Below, piece after piece: positions 10,374 through 19,628 of a stretch of 34,876 nucleotides of DNA. A model generated the notes under the pieces. The model did no database searches, was not told the DNA's origin, and saw nothing but the letters and a program-made list of their open reading frames with translations. This DNA comes from Cytophagales bacterium. GTDB lineage: Bacteria > Bacteroidota > Bacteroidia > Cytophagales > Microscillaceae. Position 1 is the stretch's first letter, and each line of letters begins with the position of its first letter. Where the stretch lies: contig JAYTNK010000416.1 in assembly GCA_043748375.1 (NCBI GenBank), forward strand, positions 1 through 34,876, given 5' to 3'. Made by a program: the position numbers and the translations under genes.

Positions 10374-10877
10374 ATGAGACACGGTAAAAAAATAAACCAC
10401 CTTGGGAGAACTGCCTCGCACCGCAAGGCGTTGTTGTCAAACATGGCTGCTGCTTTGATTTTGCGTAAGCGTATCACCACTACCGTAGCCAAAGCTAAAG
10501 CCCTCAAAAAATATGTAGAGCCTTTGCTCACACGTGCGAAAGAGGATACGACTCACTCACGTCGTATTGTCTTTTCACACTTTCAAGACAAAGAACCTGT
10601 GAAAGAGCTTTTCAATGTCATTGCTGATAAAATAGCTAACCGACCTGGTGGCTATACGCGCATCATCAAGCTTGGTATGAGGCAAGGTGATGGAGCAGAA
10701 ATCTGCATGATGGAATTAGTTGATTTCAACGAAACTATGCTTCAGGTTGCTGATACAGCTAACACTAAAGCACGTCGTACGCGTCGTGGAAAAGGTGGTA
10801 GCAAAGAGGCTAATACTGATACCCCCGAAACGGTGGAAACTAAAGCAGAACTCGTTGATGAAAAAGTTTCTGAGTAA
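10374..10877 (+). CDS. rplQ: 50S ribosomal protein L17 (with a charged C-terminal extension)
   Basis: [29 protein letters not shown]...[11 protein letters not shown]...E.LIT is typical L17. It has about 40 extra charged residues at the C-terminus. Confidence 0.93.
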   Translation: MRHGKKINHLGRTASHRKALLSNMAAALILRKRITTTVAKAKALKKYVEPLLTRAKEDTTHSRRIVFSHFQDKEPVKELFNVIADKIANRPGGYTRIIKLGMRQGDGAEICMMELVDFNETMLQVADTANTKARRTRRGKGGSKEANTDTPETVETKAELVDEKVSE

Positions 10878-10929
10878 CGCGCAATAAGTACAAATAAAAT
10901 TGTACAAACTGTAAAAGCTACATAAAATG

Positions 10930-10975
10930 ACCAAAGCATAGCGATTCTTAAGAACTACTATGCTTTGGTTTTTTA
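10930..10975 (+). terminator. Rho-independent terminator of the ribosomal/alpha operon
   Basis: ACCAAAGCATAG (10930-10941) pairs perfectly with CTATGCTTTGGT (10958-10969) and is followed by TTTTT. Confidence 0.75.
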
Positions 10976-11084
10976 TGCTATTTTTATTAAATCCCCAAAA
11001 AATCATGGGAATGAGTCAAAACCATCTCGTATTTGAATAAATGCAAATAAAAGATTGTATATTTACACAAAATTTTGAAAACTC

Positions 11085-13571
11085 ATGCATAAAATCTATT
11101 GGTTGTTTTGGTTTTTCTTAACGAGTACTGCTTTTGCGCAAGTACCTTTAGATAGTGCTTCGTTAGCCAAACAGCCCGAATTTTCAGACTTGGAAGCTGC
11201 GCTTGCCACGCCCGAAAAAGTATATAAACTCAACCTAAGCCAAGCTAGTCTTAAAACTATTCCAGAAGAAATACGCCAATTTAAGTATTTGCAAGTGCTT
11301 TATTTGGGAAGTTATGCTGATGAGTATGGCTATTATCAAAAAAGTAATAACCGTATCAGTGCCTTACCCGCTTTTATAGGTGATTTGGCAAATTTACAGT
11401 ATTTGTATTTGAATGAAAATAGCTTACAGGATTTGCCCGATGCATTTTGCAAGTTGAAGAACTTGATTTATATAGGCTTATCATCCAACAAAATAAAATC
11501 CTTGCCTACCAACATAGGCAATTTACAACGATTGAGGGTACTGGTATTATATGAAAATAAATTGGAGCAGTTGCCTGAAAGCTTAGGCGATTTATCAAAT
11601 TTGGAAGAACTATACGTGCATAAAAACGCTATTAAGGTTTTCCCTGCTTCTATCACAAAGTTATCTAAATTACATGAACTTAGTTTTTCGGATAATCAAA
11701 TAGCAGACTTGCCTACCGACATAGGCAAGCTCGTTTATTTACACAACCTTAATATGTCGGGCAATCGCCTCAAACGATTACCTATTGGCATAGGCGAGCT
11801 TAAAAACCTGCAAATGCTAAATCTTAGTAGCAACCAACTTTATGCGTTGCCTGCAGCTATTGGTGAATTAGTAAAATTGATAGACTTGAATGTGTCTGAC
11901 AATCAGCTTAAATCCTTGCCTACCTTAAGTGGATTGGTGGCATTAGAAGAGTTGCGTATTTCGGGTAACTTATTTAAGAATTTACCCGAAAGCTTGTGTG
12001 ATTTAATAGGACTAAAACGACTTATAGCCTCTCAAAACCAGCTTATAGAACTTCCTAATGCTATAGATAAATTAGTTGGCTTAGAGCTGATGGAGGTTTC
12101 ACAAAACCAATTAAAGTCTTTGCCTTCCACTATAGGCGCACTTACACAACTTCAAAATTTTTCAGCTAACCTTAACAAACTCACTACTTTGCCTGAAAGT
12201 TTGGGTAAATTGCCGAACTTGAAAAACTTATTCCTTGAGCGCAATTTACTCCAAACCTTGCCTGCCTCTTTCGAAGAATCCACGAGCCTAAAAGTTATTT
12301 ATATTTCTCAAAATCCGCTCAAAAATATAACGGTTAAGCTTCTCAATCGCATAGAAAATGTGGGTTGGAGTATGCTCACAAATATTGAAACAGATATGCG
12401 TGAGCAATATATCAATCAATTTGGGGGCGAATTGTATGCTTCGCTTAAACCACATTATGAGAAAATACCACTTCGTTATGCACGACTTTTAAATTATAGC
12501 GCGTGGTGGCACAAAGAAAATAAACAATACAAACGCGCCTTGGAATTAGGCGAATTGGCGCATACCATCTTACTTAAAGCTGAAAAAGATTCCGTAAAAG
12601 TATTGCCCCAAAAGCCAGAACTTCAAAACGAAATAAATGATACACGTTATAAAGTTGATACCAATCTAAAAGCTATTAAGGCAATCAAAGAAAATTTAGA
12701 CCTGCAGGCAAGAATAACCCTTTATACGCAATTAGGCGCAATTCTGATTGTTATTTTTGTGAGCATTGTTGCCTTTTTGTTATATCGAAACGCACAAGCT
12801 CAAAAAGCTAAGAACAAAATTATTGAAATAGAAAAAAGCAAATCTGAAAAATTATTGCTCAACATTCTCCCAAAAGAAGTTGCACAAGAGTTAAAAGATA
12901 CAGGCGAAACCGATGTAAAACATTTCCCCCATACTTCTATTTTGTTTGCTGATGTGCAAGGCTTTTCAGCGCGAGCCACGAAAGTTACACCGCAACAGCT
13001 TGTAAATGAGTTAAATACTACTTTTACACAAATGGATAATTATGCGATGCAACACAAACTGGAACGCATCAAAACCATAGGCGACTGCTATATGGCGGTG
13101 GGCGGCTGTCCCGAAGTGAATAATACGCATCCTGTAGATATCTGCCTTGCGGCACTTGAGATTCAACATTGGATGTTGGAAGAACGCAGCCGCATGAATG
13201 GGGCTTTTTGGCAAATCCGTTTGGGTATTCACACAGGCGAGTTGGTCGCAGGCGTGATAGGCAAGCTCAAATTTGCGTATGACGTTTGGGGAGGTGCAGT
13301 TAATACTGCTTCGCGCATGGAAAGTGGGGGAGAGGTAGGCAAGGTGAATATTTCAGCTACTACTTATAGCTTCGTGCAGGACTTCTTCGACTGTACATTT
13401 CGCGGTGAAATTGAGGCGAAAAATATAGGCTTGGTGAAAACTTATTTTGTAAATAGCATTAAACCTGAATTATCACAAGATAAAAATGGACTTATTCCTA
13501 ATGACAAATTCAAAGCTTTATACAAAACAAAATTCGGAGAAATTTATAAGGTTAAACAATTAAATGCTTAA
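11085..13571 (+). CDS. Receptor-type class III adenylate/guanylate cyclase with signal peptide, extracytoplasmic leucine-rich-repeat domain, helical region, one TM helix and cytoplasmic cyclase domain
   Basis: Signal peptide MHKIYWLFWFFLTSTAFAQ. About 14-15 tandem 23-residue LxxLxxLxLxxNxLxxLPxxIG units (aa ~45-420). TM helix LGAILIVIFVSIVAFLLY. Cyclase motifs ILFADVQGFS, IKTIGDCYMAV, LGIHTGELVAGVIG and DVWGGAVNTASRMES. Confidence 0.85.
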   Translation: MHKIYWLFWFFLTSTAFAQVPLDSASLAKQPEFSDLEAALATPEKVYKLNLSQASLKTIPEEIRQFKYLQVLYLGSYADEYGYYQKSNNRISALPAFIGDLANLQYLYLNENSLQDLPDAFCKLKNLIYIGLSSNKIKSLPTNIGNLQRLRVLVLYENKLEQLPESLGDLSNLEELYVHKNAIKVFPASITKLSKLHELSFSDNQIADLPTDIGKLVYLHNLNMSGNRLKRLPIGIGELKNLQMLNLSSNQLYALPAAIGELVKLIDLNVSDNQLKSLPTLSGLVALEELRISGNLFKNLPESLCDLIGLKRLIASQNQLIELPNAIDKLVGLELMEVSQNQLKSLPSTIGALTQLQNFSANLNKLTTLPESLGKLPNLKNLFLERNLLQTLPASFEESTSLKVIYISQNPLKNITVKLLNRIENVGWSMLTNIETDMREQYINQFGGELYASLKPHYEKIPLRYARLLNYSAWWHKENKQYKRALELGELAHTILLKAEKDSVKVLPQKPELQNEINDTRYKVDTNLKAIKAIKENLDLQARITLYTQLGAILIVIFVSIVAFLLYRNAQAQKAKNKIIEIEKSKSEKLLLNILPKEVAQELKDTGETDVKHFPHTSILFADVQGFSARATKVTPQQLVNELNTTFTQMDNYAMQHKLERIKTIGDCYMAVGGCPEVNNTHPVDICLAALEIQHWMLEERSRMNGAFWQIRLGIHTGELVAGVIGKLKFAYDVWGGAVNTASRMESGGEVGKVNISATTYSFVQDFFDCTFRGEIEAKNIGLVKTYFVNSIKPELSQDKNGLIPNDKFKALYKTKFGEIYKVKQLNA

Positions 13572-13734
13572 ATAACTTTTCAAGCTCCAATATCTTATAT
13601 GTCTATCAAACTCTTTTTTTCGTTTAAGGATTTGAAGTATTAAATTTTTAAGGATAAAAATAAGTAATTTGCTACTCAAAAAGAAAACTCGTAATTTTTC
13701 ATAAGTATCAACGCATAAATCTTAAAACTCTTAT

Positions 13735-14058
13735 ATGGCTATCAAAACCACTGCCCAGTCGTCTATTCTTACACGCGACCTCAATAAATTGACAAACCCC
13801 ACAGGTAATATTTATGAAGCAGTCGTGATTATTTCGCGTCGCGCCAATCAAATTGCAGCTGAGCTAAAAGAAGAACTAAGCAATAAATTGCTTGACTTTG
13901 CACACAGTACCGACACACTCGAAGAAGTGTATGAAAACCGCGAACAAATCGAGATTTCAAAACACTATGAGCGTTTGCCAAAAGCTACCAACATAGCGAT
14001 GGAAGAGTATCTTGAAAGCAAAATTTTGCACAAATACCCCACGCCACCAGTCGTTTAA
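13735..14058 (+). CDS. rpoZ: DNA-directed RNA polymerase subunit omega (probable)
   Basis: 107 aa. NIYEAVVIISRRANQI resembles the omega core (N.Y.LV..A.KRARQL). It lies immediately upstream of coaBC, as is usual in Bacteroidota. Confidence 0.6.
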   Translation: MAIKTTAQSSILTRDLNKLTNPTGNIYEAVVIISRRANQIAAELKEELSNKLLDFAHSTDTLEEVYENREQIEISKHYERLPKATNIAMEEYLESKILHKYPTPPVV

Positions 14059-14067
14059 GCATATAAT

Positions 14068-15282
14068 ATGCAGGGTAAAAAAATTTTAATAGGGGTTACG
14101 GGAAGCATTGCGGCGTATAAAGTCGCAGTGCTTGTCCGTTTGTTGGTAAAGCAAGGGGCAGAGGTTCGAGTTATTTTGACGGAGTCAGCCTCCGCCTTTA
14201 TACCCGCACTTACTTTAGCAACGCTGTCTAAAAACCCCGTACTCACCGATTTTCAGTCAAATAAAGAAACGGGTGAGTGGAATAATCACGTAGCATTAGG
14301 CTTGTGGGCAGATGTGTTTTTGATAGCACCCGCCACCGCCAATACGCTTGCCAAATGCGCCACAGGCTTGTCTGATAACTTGCTTACAGCTGTTTACTTG
14401 TCTGCGCGGTGTCCCGTATTGTTTGCGCCTGCTATGGACTTGGATATGTATCAACATCCAAGCACTTTAGCCAACATAGCTTGCCTACAACGCTATGGAA
14501 ACCATCTAATCCCTGCTACACATGGCGAACTTGCCAGTGGGTTGGTAGGGGAGGGGCGCATGGCTGAACCCGAAGATATAACTACGTACATACAAAACTT
14601 CTTTAAAGATGCTAAATCACTGTCTTTAAAAGGACAAACTGTTTTGCTTACGGCAGGCCCAACTCAAGAAGCTCTTGACCCTGTGCGCTTTATCAGCAAT
14701 CACTCTACAGGCAAGATGGGCTACGCGTTAGCAGAAGCCTTTGCTGAGCAAGGAGCGGCGGTTATATTGGTAACGGGTGTTACGAACCTTGCCTGCCAAC
14801 ACCCAGCTATTCAGCGTGTTGATGTAAAAAGTGCGCAAGAAATGTATGAGGCTACACAAGCTTATTTTGAGCAGGCAAGTGTCGTGGTATTTGCGGCTGC
14901 GGTTGCTGATTACACCCCTAAAACGGTGGCTAAAACCAAAATAAAGAAAAAAGAAGGGCAAAATAACCTTACTATTGAACTTGTTAAAACCATAGACATT
15001 GCCAAAACATTAGGGGAACAAAAAACACCCTCGCAGTTATTGGTTGGTTTTGCTCTTGAAACAGACAACGAACTCGAAAATGCTAAAGGTAAGTTGCAAC
15101 GCAAAAACTTAGATTTAATCGTGCTAAACTCGCTCCAAACCAAAGGCGCAGGATTTGGGCATGATACCAATGCTGTAACCTTGCTAAACAGAGAAGGCGA
15201 AATCAAAGAACTTGCCTTGCAAACTAAACAAGTTATAGCACACCTTATTGTAGCAGAAATTATACAAATGCGTCCCCAATAA
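14068..15282 (+). CDS. coaBC: Bifunctional phosphopantothenoylcysteine decarboxylase / phosphopantothenate-cysteine ligase
   Basis: N-terminal flavoprotein half (KILIGVTGSIAAYK, PAMDLDMYQHP). C-terminal CoaB half (TAGPT.E.LDPVRFISNHSTGKMGYALAE, AAAVADY.P). Confidence 0.92.
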   Translation: MQGKKILIGVTGSIAAYKVAVLVRLLVKQGAEVRVILTESASAFIPALTLATLSKNPVLTDFQSNKETGEWNNHVALGLWADVFLIAPATANTLAKCATGLSDNLLTAVYLSARCPVLFAPAMDLDMYQHPSTLANIACLQRYGNHLIPATHGELASGLVGEGRMAEPEDITTYIQNFFKDAKSLSLKGQTVLLTAGPTQEALDPVRFISNHSTGKMGYALAEAFAEQGAAVILVTGVTNLACQHPAIQRVDVKSAQEMYEATQAYFEQASVVVFAAAVADYTPKTVAKTKIKKKEGQNNLTIELVKTIDIAKTLGEQKTPSQLLVGFALETDNELENAKGKLQRKNLDLIVLNSLQTKGAGFGHDTNAVTLLNREGEIKELALQTKQVIAHLIVAEIIQMRPQ

Positions 15283-15288
15283 AATAGC

Positions 15289-15963
15289 ATGATGCCTCTT
15301 GAAACCTATTTAGAACACACGAATCTCGCGCCTACCATCACAGGGGCAGATGTAGAGAAATTAACAGATGAAGCACTTGCCTACCAATTTGTCGGTGTTT
15401 GCGTGCCTCCTTTTTGGGTACGTAAGGCAAAGCGCGACTTAAATAACGCACCTATCGCTGTGGTTACGGTTATAGGCTTTCCGCTTGGTTATCAACACAC
15501 AGAGGTAAAATTAAATGAAATAAAATGGGCAATCCAAGATGGCGCGGATGAGTTAGACCTCGTCATCAATATATCTGCCATTAAACACAATGCCTTTGAA
15601 TGGGTGAAACCCGAAATATATAGATGTGCCGAACTCATACACGCGGAGGGGAAAATCCTAAAAGTTATTCTTGAAACTGCCTACCTTACAGACGAAGAGA
15701 TTGTACGTGCTTGCAAGGTGTCAGCTGATGCTGGAGCCGATTTTGTGAAAACTTCTACAGGTTTTGCGCCTACAGGAGCTACTGTAGAACACATACGTCT
15801 TATGCGTCAGTCTGTCCCAAATACGGTAGGTATAAAAGCTTCAGGAGGAATTCGTACCCTCGAAAAAGCGTGGGCTATGATAGAGGCAGGAGCAGAGCGC
15901 CTTGGTACTTCTGCGAGTGTAAGCCTCATGGAGGAGGCGCAAAAGAAAGTACGCGAAAGCTAA
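15289..15963 (+). CDS. deoC: Deoxyribose-phosphate aldolase
   Basis: LEHTNL.P..T..D...L..EA....F.GVCV.P, VIGFPLG, DE.D.V.N, the Schiff-base lysine context FVKTSTGF, and IKASGGIR. Confidence 0.9.
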   Translation: MMPLETYLEHTNLAPTITGADVEKLTDEALAYQFVGVCVPPFWVRKAKRDLNNAPIAVVTVIGFPLGYQHTEVKLNEIKWAIQDGADELDLVINISAIKHNAFEWVKPEIYRCAELIHAEGKILKVILETAYLTDEEIVRACKVSADAGADFVKTSTGFAPTGATVEHIRLMRQSVPNTVGIKASGGIRTLEKAWAMIEAGAERLGTSASVSLMEEAQKKVRES

Positions 15964-15973
15964 AAATAGTGGT

Positions 15974-16672
15974 ATGTTTAACAAGTATTTATTATTGTTT
16001 TTTTTGTTCTATTTATCCGCTTGTGCCTCTTTTTCGTTTCAAAAAATCCCAAGCGAAATTGTGTTTCAACACACTTTTCAGGGGAAACCTTTTGCACTTA
16101 ATATGCCTTATGTTACGCTGTTGGGCGACACAGTGGTCTTTACTAAATTTAAGTACTATGTCAGCAATCTTAGCCTTGAGGCAGGGCAGGCAAGTTATCA
16201 CCTTATAAGTATAGAAGACGACAAACAAGCTGATATACACCTTGCCTACACACCCCAAAAACAAAACCTTTCTACCAACTTCTCTTTTGGCATAGGAATT
16301 GACAGTTTACGGAATAGCAAAGGCGCGCAAACAGGTGTGCTTGACCCTTTACAAGGTATGTTTTGGACGTGGGAGCAGGGTTATGTGTTTTTGAAAGCAG
16401 AAGGCTATTATATAACAAATCGAGTTAGTTTTGTAATACACATAGGAAGAAATCAACATTATCAAATGATTTCGCACGCTGCACAAATGCAAGATAAAAA
16501 AACAAAAATAGTTGTGCAAAAGGTAATGGTGCAAATAGAAAGACTCTTTGGTGGATATGTAGGTGCTGCTTTAGATTTGCCCTTGCCTACCAAACCCATG
16601 AGCATCATGGCAGGCGAGAAGATGGGTTTGCTGAAAAAAAATATACGCGCTATGTTTGAATCAAGCCGCTAA
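15974..16672 (+). CDS. Lipoprotein, MbnP-like (tentative)
   Basis: Lipobox-like N-terminus (LFFLFYLSACAS). FQHTFQGKPFALNMPY...FTKFKYYVSNLSL resembles the MbnP-family pattern F.H...G.P......Y.N..G......L.YYISN..L as I remember it. Confidence 0.45.
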   Translation: MFNKYLLLFFLFYLSACASFSFQKIPSEIVFQHTFQGKPFALNMPYVTLLGDTVVFTKFKYYVSNLSLEAGQASYHLISIEDDKQADIHLAYTPQKQNLSTNFSFGIGIDSLRNSKGAQTGVLDPLQGMFWTWEQGYVFLKAEGYYITNRVSFVIHIGRNQHYQMISHAAQMQDKKTKIVVQKVMVQIERLFGGYVGAALDLPLPTKPMSIMAGEKMGLLKKNIRAMFESSR

Positions 16673-16831
16673 AATATATATATTTCCTTTTTTTTCATAA
16701 AAAATTTGAATAATCAACCATAAACCATTTACTTTGAAACCATAAATAGAAAAAAGAAAAACAGGCTTTAAAAAAACCTGTATTTCCCAAAAACTATCTT
16801 CAAACTTTTACTAAAACTTAACTAACAATTG

Positions 16832-16861
16832 GCACAGTGCGGCGACCGACCGTTGCTGTGC
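16832..16861. other. GC-rich hairpin island in an AT-rich spacer (possible terminator between convergent genes)
   Basis: GCACAG ... CTGTGC forms a 6-bp stem around a GC-rich 18-nt loop and is followed by TTTCTT. It lies between the convergent genes ending at 16672 (+) and 16945 (-). Confidence 0.3.
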
Positions 16862-16944
16862 TTTCTTGTATGTATATATATATAACAAAAAAAGTTATAG
16901 GTTTATTACAAAGTTTCAAAATATTTTTTGTATGCGTGTTTTGC

Positions 16945-17904
16945 CTACCACTTTTGTATTTTGTAGGTGCTGTGTTCGATGAATTCGTTTTGGGCATTGT
17001 ACGTTTTCTTCTCTCTTTCTATGCCATTGCTATACAAAGTAATAGTATAAGTATTTACAGCACCTTTTGTATAAAAAGTTTGTGTAGTTTGGAATAGTTG
17101 GTCGTTTTTATAGATATATTCCAACATCTCTATAGCACAAGGCGATTTAGGATTCGGGCAGTCGTTTGCATTTCTGATGTTTCGAGTGTAGGTATAAAGG
17201 CGACCTTTTTCATCATAGCGATATATCTCTGAATAATACTCACTGCTTTTAGGGCTTGAGAGCGAAATGGGGTAGCGTTTTGAGGCTTTTTTGCCTGAGT
17301 CGCGCTGAAAATCTTGTATCAATAGCGTGTCTTTATCGCGTATAATATACTTCAAGCTATCATTTTTGGCATACAAGTAATTAGTTACCGTTTTTTCCTT
17401 CTTTTCATTTAAGCTGGTTTCGGAGGCGAGTTGCTTTTTGGCATTATAAGTGAAAACAGTGCGCACATAACTATTCGTATTGCCTGCTTCCTTGCCGTCT
17501 TCGGTATAGGTAAGTACAGCTGTTTGCGAAATTGTGTTGCCTTGTGCGTCCAAGCTATCGGTTGTTACGCGCTCATACATACCCGTACCTTGTTTGGCTA
17601 TGTTTACTTTGGGTGTATAAGTGTAGGCAGTAGTTCCGTTGCCCATACTTTCGCCACACATGATTTCGTATTTGGTAGGCTTGTTTTGGGCGTTATAATC
17701 CCATTCCATCGTACAATAATGGGTAGGGTGGTGGTACTTCGTTTTGTTTCCTTGTTTGTCAAAGAACATTTCGTATTCCAAGGCGGGCGATTTGTCCGTT
17801 TTACTTTTGGTAAAAACAGAGATTTGCTTGATGCCTTTGTAGGTAGATTGCGCATGAGCGGTAAAACAAGTACAGCACAGCCATAATAAGCAGATAGAAC
17901 GCAT
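16945..17904 (-). CDS. Secreted hypothetical protein
   Basis: A 319-aa ORF with a clear signal peptide (MRSICLLWLCCTCFTAHAQ). It is rich in Y/T/K/N beta-strand-like repeats (YTYT, KYE), and I recognise no family motif. Confidence 0.6.
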   Translation of the reverse strand: MRSICLLWLCCTCFTAHAQSTYKGIKQISVFTKSKTDKSPALEYEMFFDKQGNKTKYHHPTHYCTMEWDYNAQNKPTKYEIMCGESMGNGTTAYTYTPKVNIAKQGTGMYERVTTDSLDAQGNTISQTAVLTYTEDGKEAGNTNSYVRTVFTYNAKKQLASETSLNEKKEKTVTNYLYAKNDSLKYIIRDKDTLLIQDFQRDSGKKASKRYPISLSSPKSSEYYSEIYRYDEKGRLYTYTRNIRNANDCPNPKSPCAIEMLEYIYKNDQLFQTTQTFYTKGAVNTYTITLYSNGIEREKKTYNAQNEFIEHSTYKIQKW

Positions 17905-17995
17905 GATTTTTATAGTTTTTTACAAAACCAATAACGAAAAACAAAGCCTTTTATGTAAATGTTGATTGCTTTCTTTTTGCTTGAACCATATTTTA

Positions 17996-18964
17996 TTATA
18001 TTGAAATAATAATACTTCCTTTTTTGTGTCCTTTTTCCACGTATTGATGCGCTTCCGCCATTTGTGCTAAAGAATAATGCTTGTCGATAACCGTCTTAAT
18101 TTTTTTGGTTCTCAACAATTCTTTAATTTCCATAAAGTATTTTAAACGCTCCTTTACTGAAAGCAAACCTGTAGCTGAAGACTTTGCTTTTTTACCACCC
18201 CATATCGAAGTCCACATCATTTGTAAAAACAAGGAGAAATTAAGCACAGCCGAAAGGTAAATACCGTTTTTCACAAGCGATTTCTGGCATTTCGTGAAAG
18301 AGCTTTTGCCTACAGTATCAAAAATAATGTCGTACTGCTTACCATTTTGGGTAAAATCCTCTTGGGTATAATCAATTACCTCATCAGCCCCTAAAGCTTT
18401 AACCATAGCTACATTAGCAGTACTACACACTCCTGTAACTTCTGCTCCAAAATGCTTGGCAATCTGAATCGCATACGTACCCAATCCACCCGAAGCACCA
18501 TTGATTAATACTTTTTGATTCGCCCCAATATTTGCCAATCCTTTCAAGAAGTTCATGACCGTAACCGCACTCCCATTTACTGGAGCGGCTTCTTCATAAC
18601 TCAGATTTTCGGGTATAGTAGTCAATACACCGTTTTCGCTCACGCAAGTATATTCAGCATAGCACCCCAAATTGGTAGTGCCGCCAAAAACTCTATCCCC
18701 TATTTTGAATAGCGAAACAGCTTCGCCTACGCCTACCACCTCGCCTGCGAACTCAAAGCCAAGAATGGTTACTTTGGGCTTTCTTAATCCAAGAAAGAGC
18801 CTGCCAATCCATGGCTTCCCCTTTCTCATCATGATGTCTGCCCCTGTTACTGTAGTTGCATAATTTCTGATTAAAATCTCATGCGGTTTTGGACTGGGCT
18901 GGGCTACCTCATGCAGTTGGAATACGTCATGTGAGCCGTATTTTTTAGATTCGATGGCTTTCAT
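17996..18964 (-). CDS. NAD(P)H-dependent medium-chain dehydrogenase/reductase (quinone oxidoreductase / zinc-type alcohol dehydrogenase family)
   Basis: MKAIESKKYGSHDVFQLHEV..P.P...EILIRNYATTV...D, the Rossmann motif INGASGGLGTYAIQIAK, and the C-terminus GHKKGSIIISI. The start is placed at ATG 18964; an upstream in-frame ATG at 18988 is also possible. Confidence 0.85.
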   Translation of the reverse strand: MKAIESKKYGSHDVFQLHEVAQPSPKPHEILIRNYATTVTGADIMMRKGKPWIGRLFLGLRKPKVTILGFEFAGEVVGVGEAVSLFKIGDRVFGGTTNLGCYAEYTCVSENGVLTTIPENLSYEEAAPVNGSAVTVMNFLKGLANIGANQKVLINGASGGLGTYAIQIAKHFGAEVTGVCSTANVAMVKALGADEVIDYTQEDFTQNGKQYDIIFDTVGKSSFTKCQKSLVKNGIYLSAVLNFSLFLQMMWTSIWGGKKAKSSATGLLSVKERLKYFMEIKELLRTKKIKTVIDKHYSLAQMAEAHQYVEKGHKKGSIIISI

Positions 18965-19628
18965 TGTATAGTTCGTTTTCGTTTTCATGTTAATTATTCA
19001 ATGGTGCAAAATTACTTGCCTACCTTTACAAACACCTTGACTTGGGTTAAGAAATGAAACTTTTATGAGCGTCAGGAAAGCGCAGGTAAGGTCTTTATTT
19101 CACCTAATGGCAGAATAACGGAAAACAAAGTCTTTCAATTCATGGGAGGATAAAGCATTTTTTTTGCAAAGACAGAAATAAATAGACTTTTCTTGCCCAT
19201 TAAACATTTTCGCTATAAATTTGAGTTTTAGCACCCTCAAAATGACACACACATGAACACACCTATCGTCCTTGCTTTTTTTGTTAATCCGCACAATGAC
19301 CCGAATCCGACATAGGAATAAAAGGGCATCTAAGTGGATAGAAATAAAGATAGCATGGTAAACCCAAATGGTGTATTGAGCTAAAACTTGCCTACTCGCA
19401 AGATGTGCAATGCGCACCTTACCCAGCAACTCGCCCTCACGCTCATGGAGCGATACAAAAAATCTTGAAAATATATATACAGCTTTAAATATAAAAATAG
19501 TTTGTTCGTAATTTCACGCGATAAGTAATCTATTGGTGATTGGAGTACACAATCATTGTTACTGAAAATAATACAAGTGCCTAACTTGATTTTTTCTATC
19601 TTCTAAACCTGTTCTCACACACTGTTTT

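Noticed and set aside
11200-12330. Tandem ~69-nt DNA periodicity
   Set aside because: It is explained by the 23-residue leucine-rich repeats of the cyclase gene and is not an independent satellite or repeat element.
14910-15290. 126-aa minus-strand ORF, plus 14055-14246 and 14728-14961
   Set aside because: They are antisense to coaBC.
15870-16208. 112-aa ORF bridging deoC and the next gene, and the 86-aa ORF at 16837-17097
   Set aside because: They are in the alternative frame over two better-supported genes and over spacer DNA. There are no motifs.
17431-17886. 151-aa plus-strand ORF and an 83-aa minus-strand ORF inside 16945-17904
   Set aside because: They overlap the longer ORF, which has a clean signal peptide. 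They are shadow or alternative-frame ORFs.
19070-19095. RNase P RNA-like string CAGGAAAGCGCAGG
   Set aside because: It is only a loose resemblance to the GAGGAAAGUCCGG core. None of the other conserved RNase P regions are nearby.
19100-19429. 109-aa minus-strand ORF in the long spacer
   Set aside because: It has no plausible start context, odd composition and no recognisable domain. The region is kept only as an unexplained spacer in the findings.
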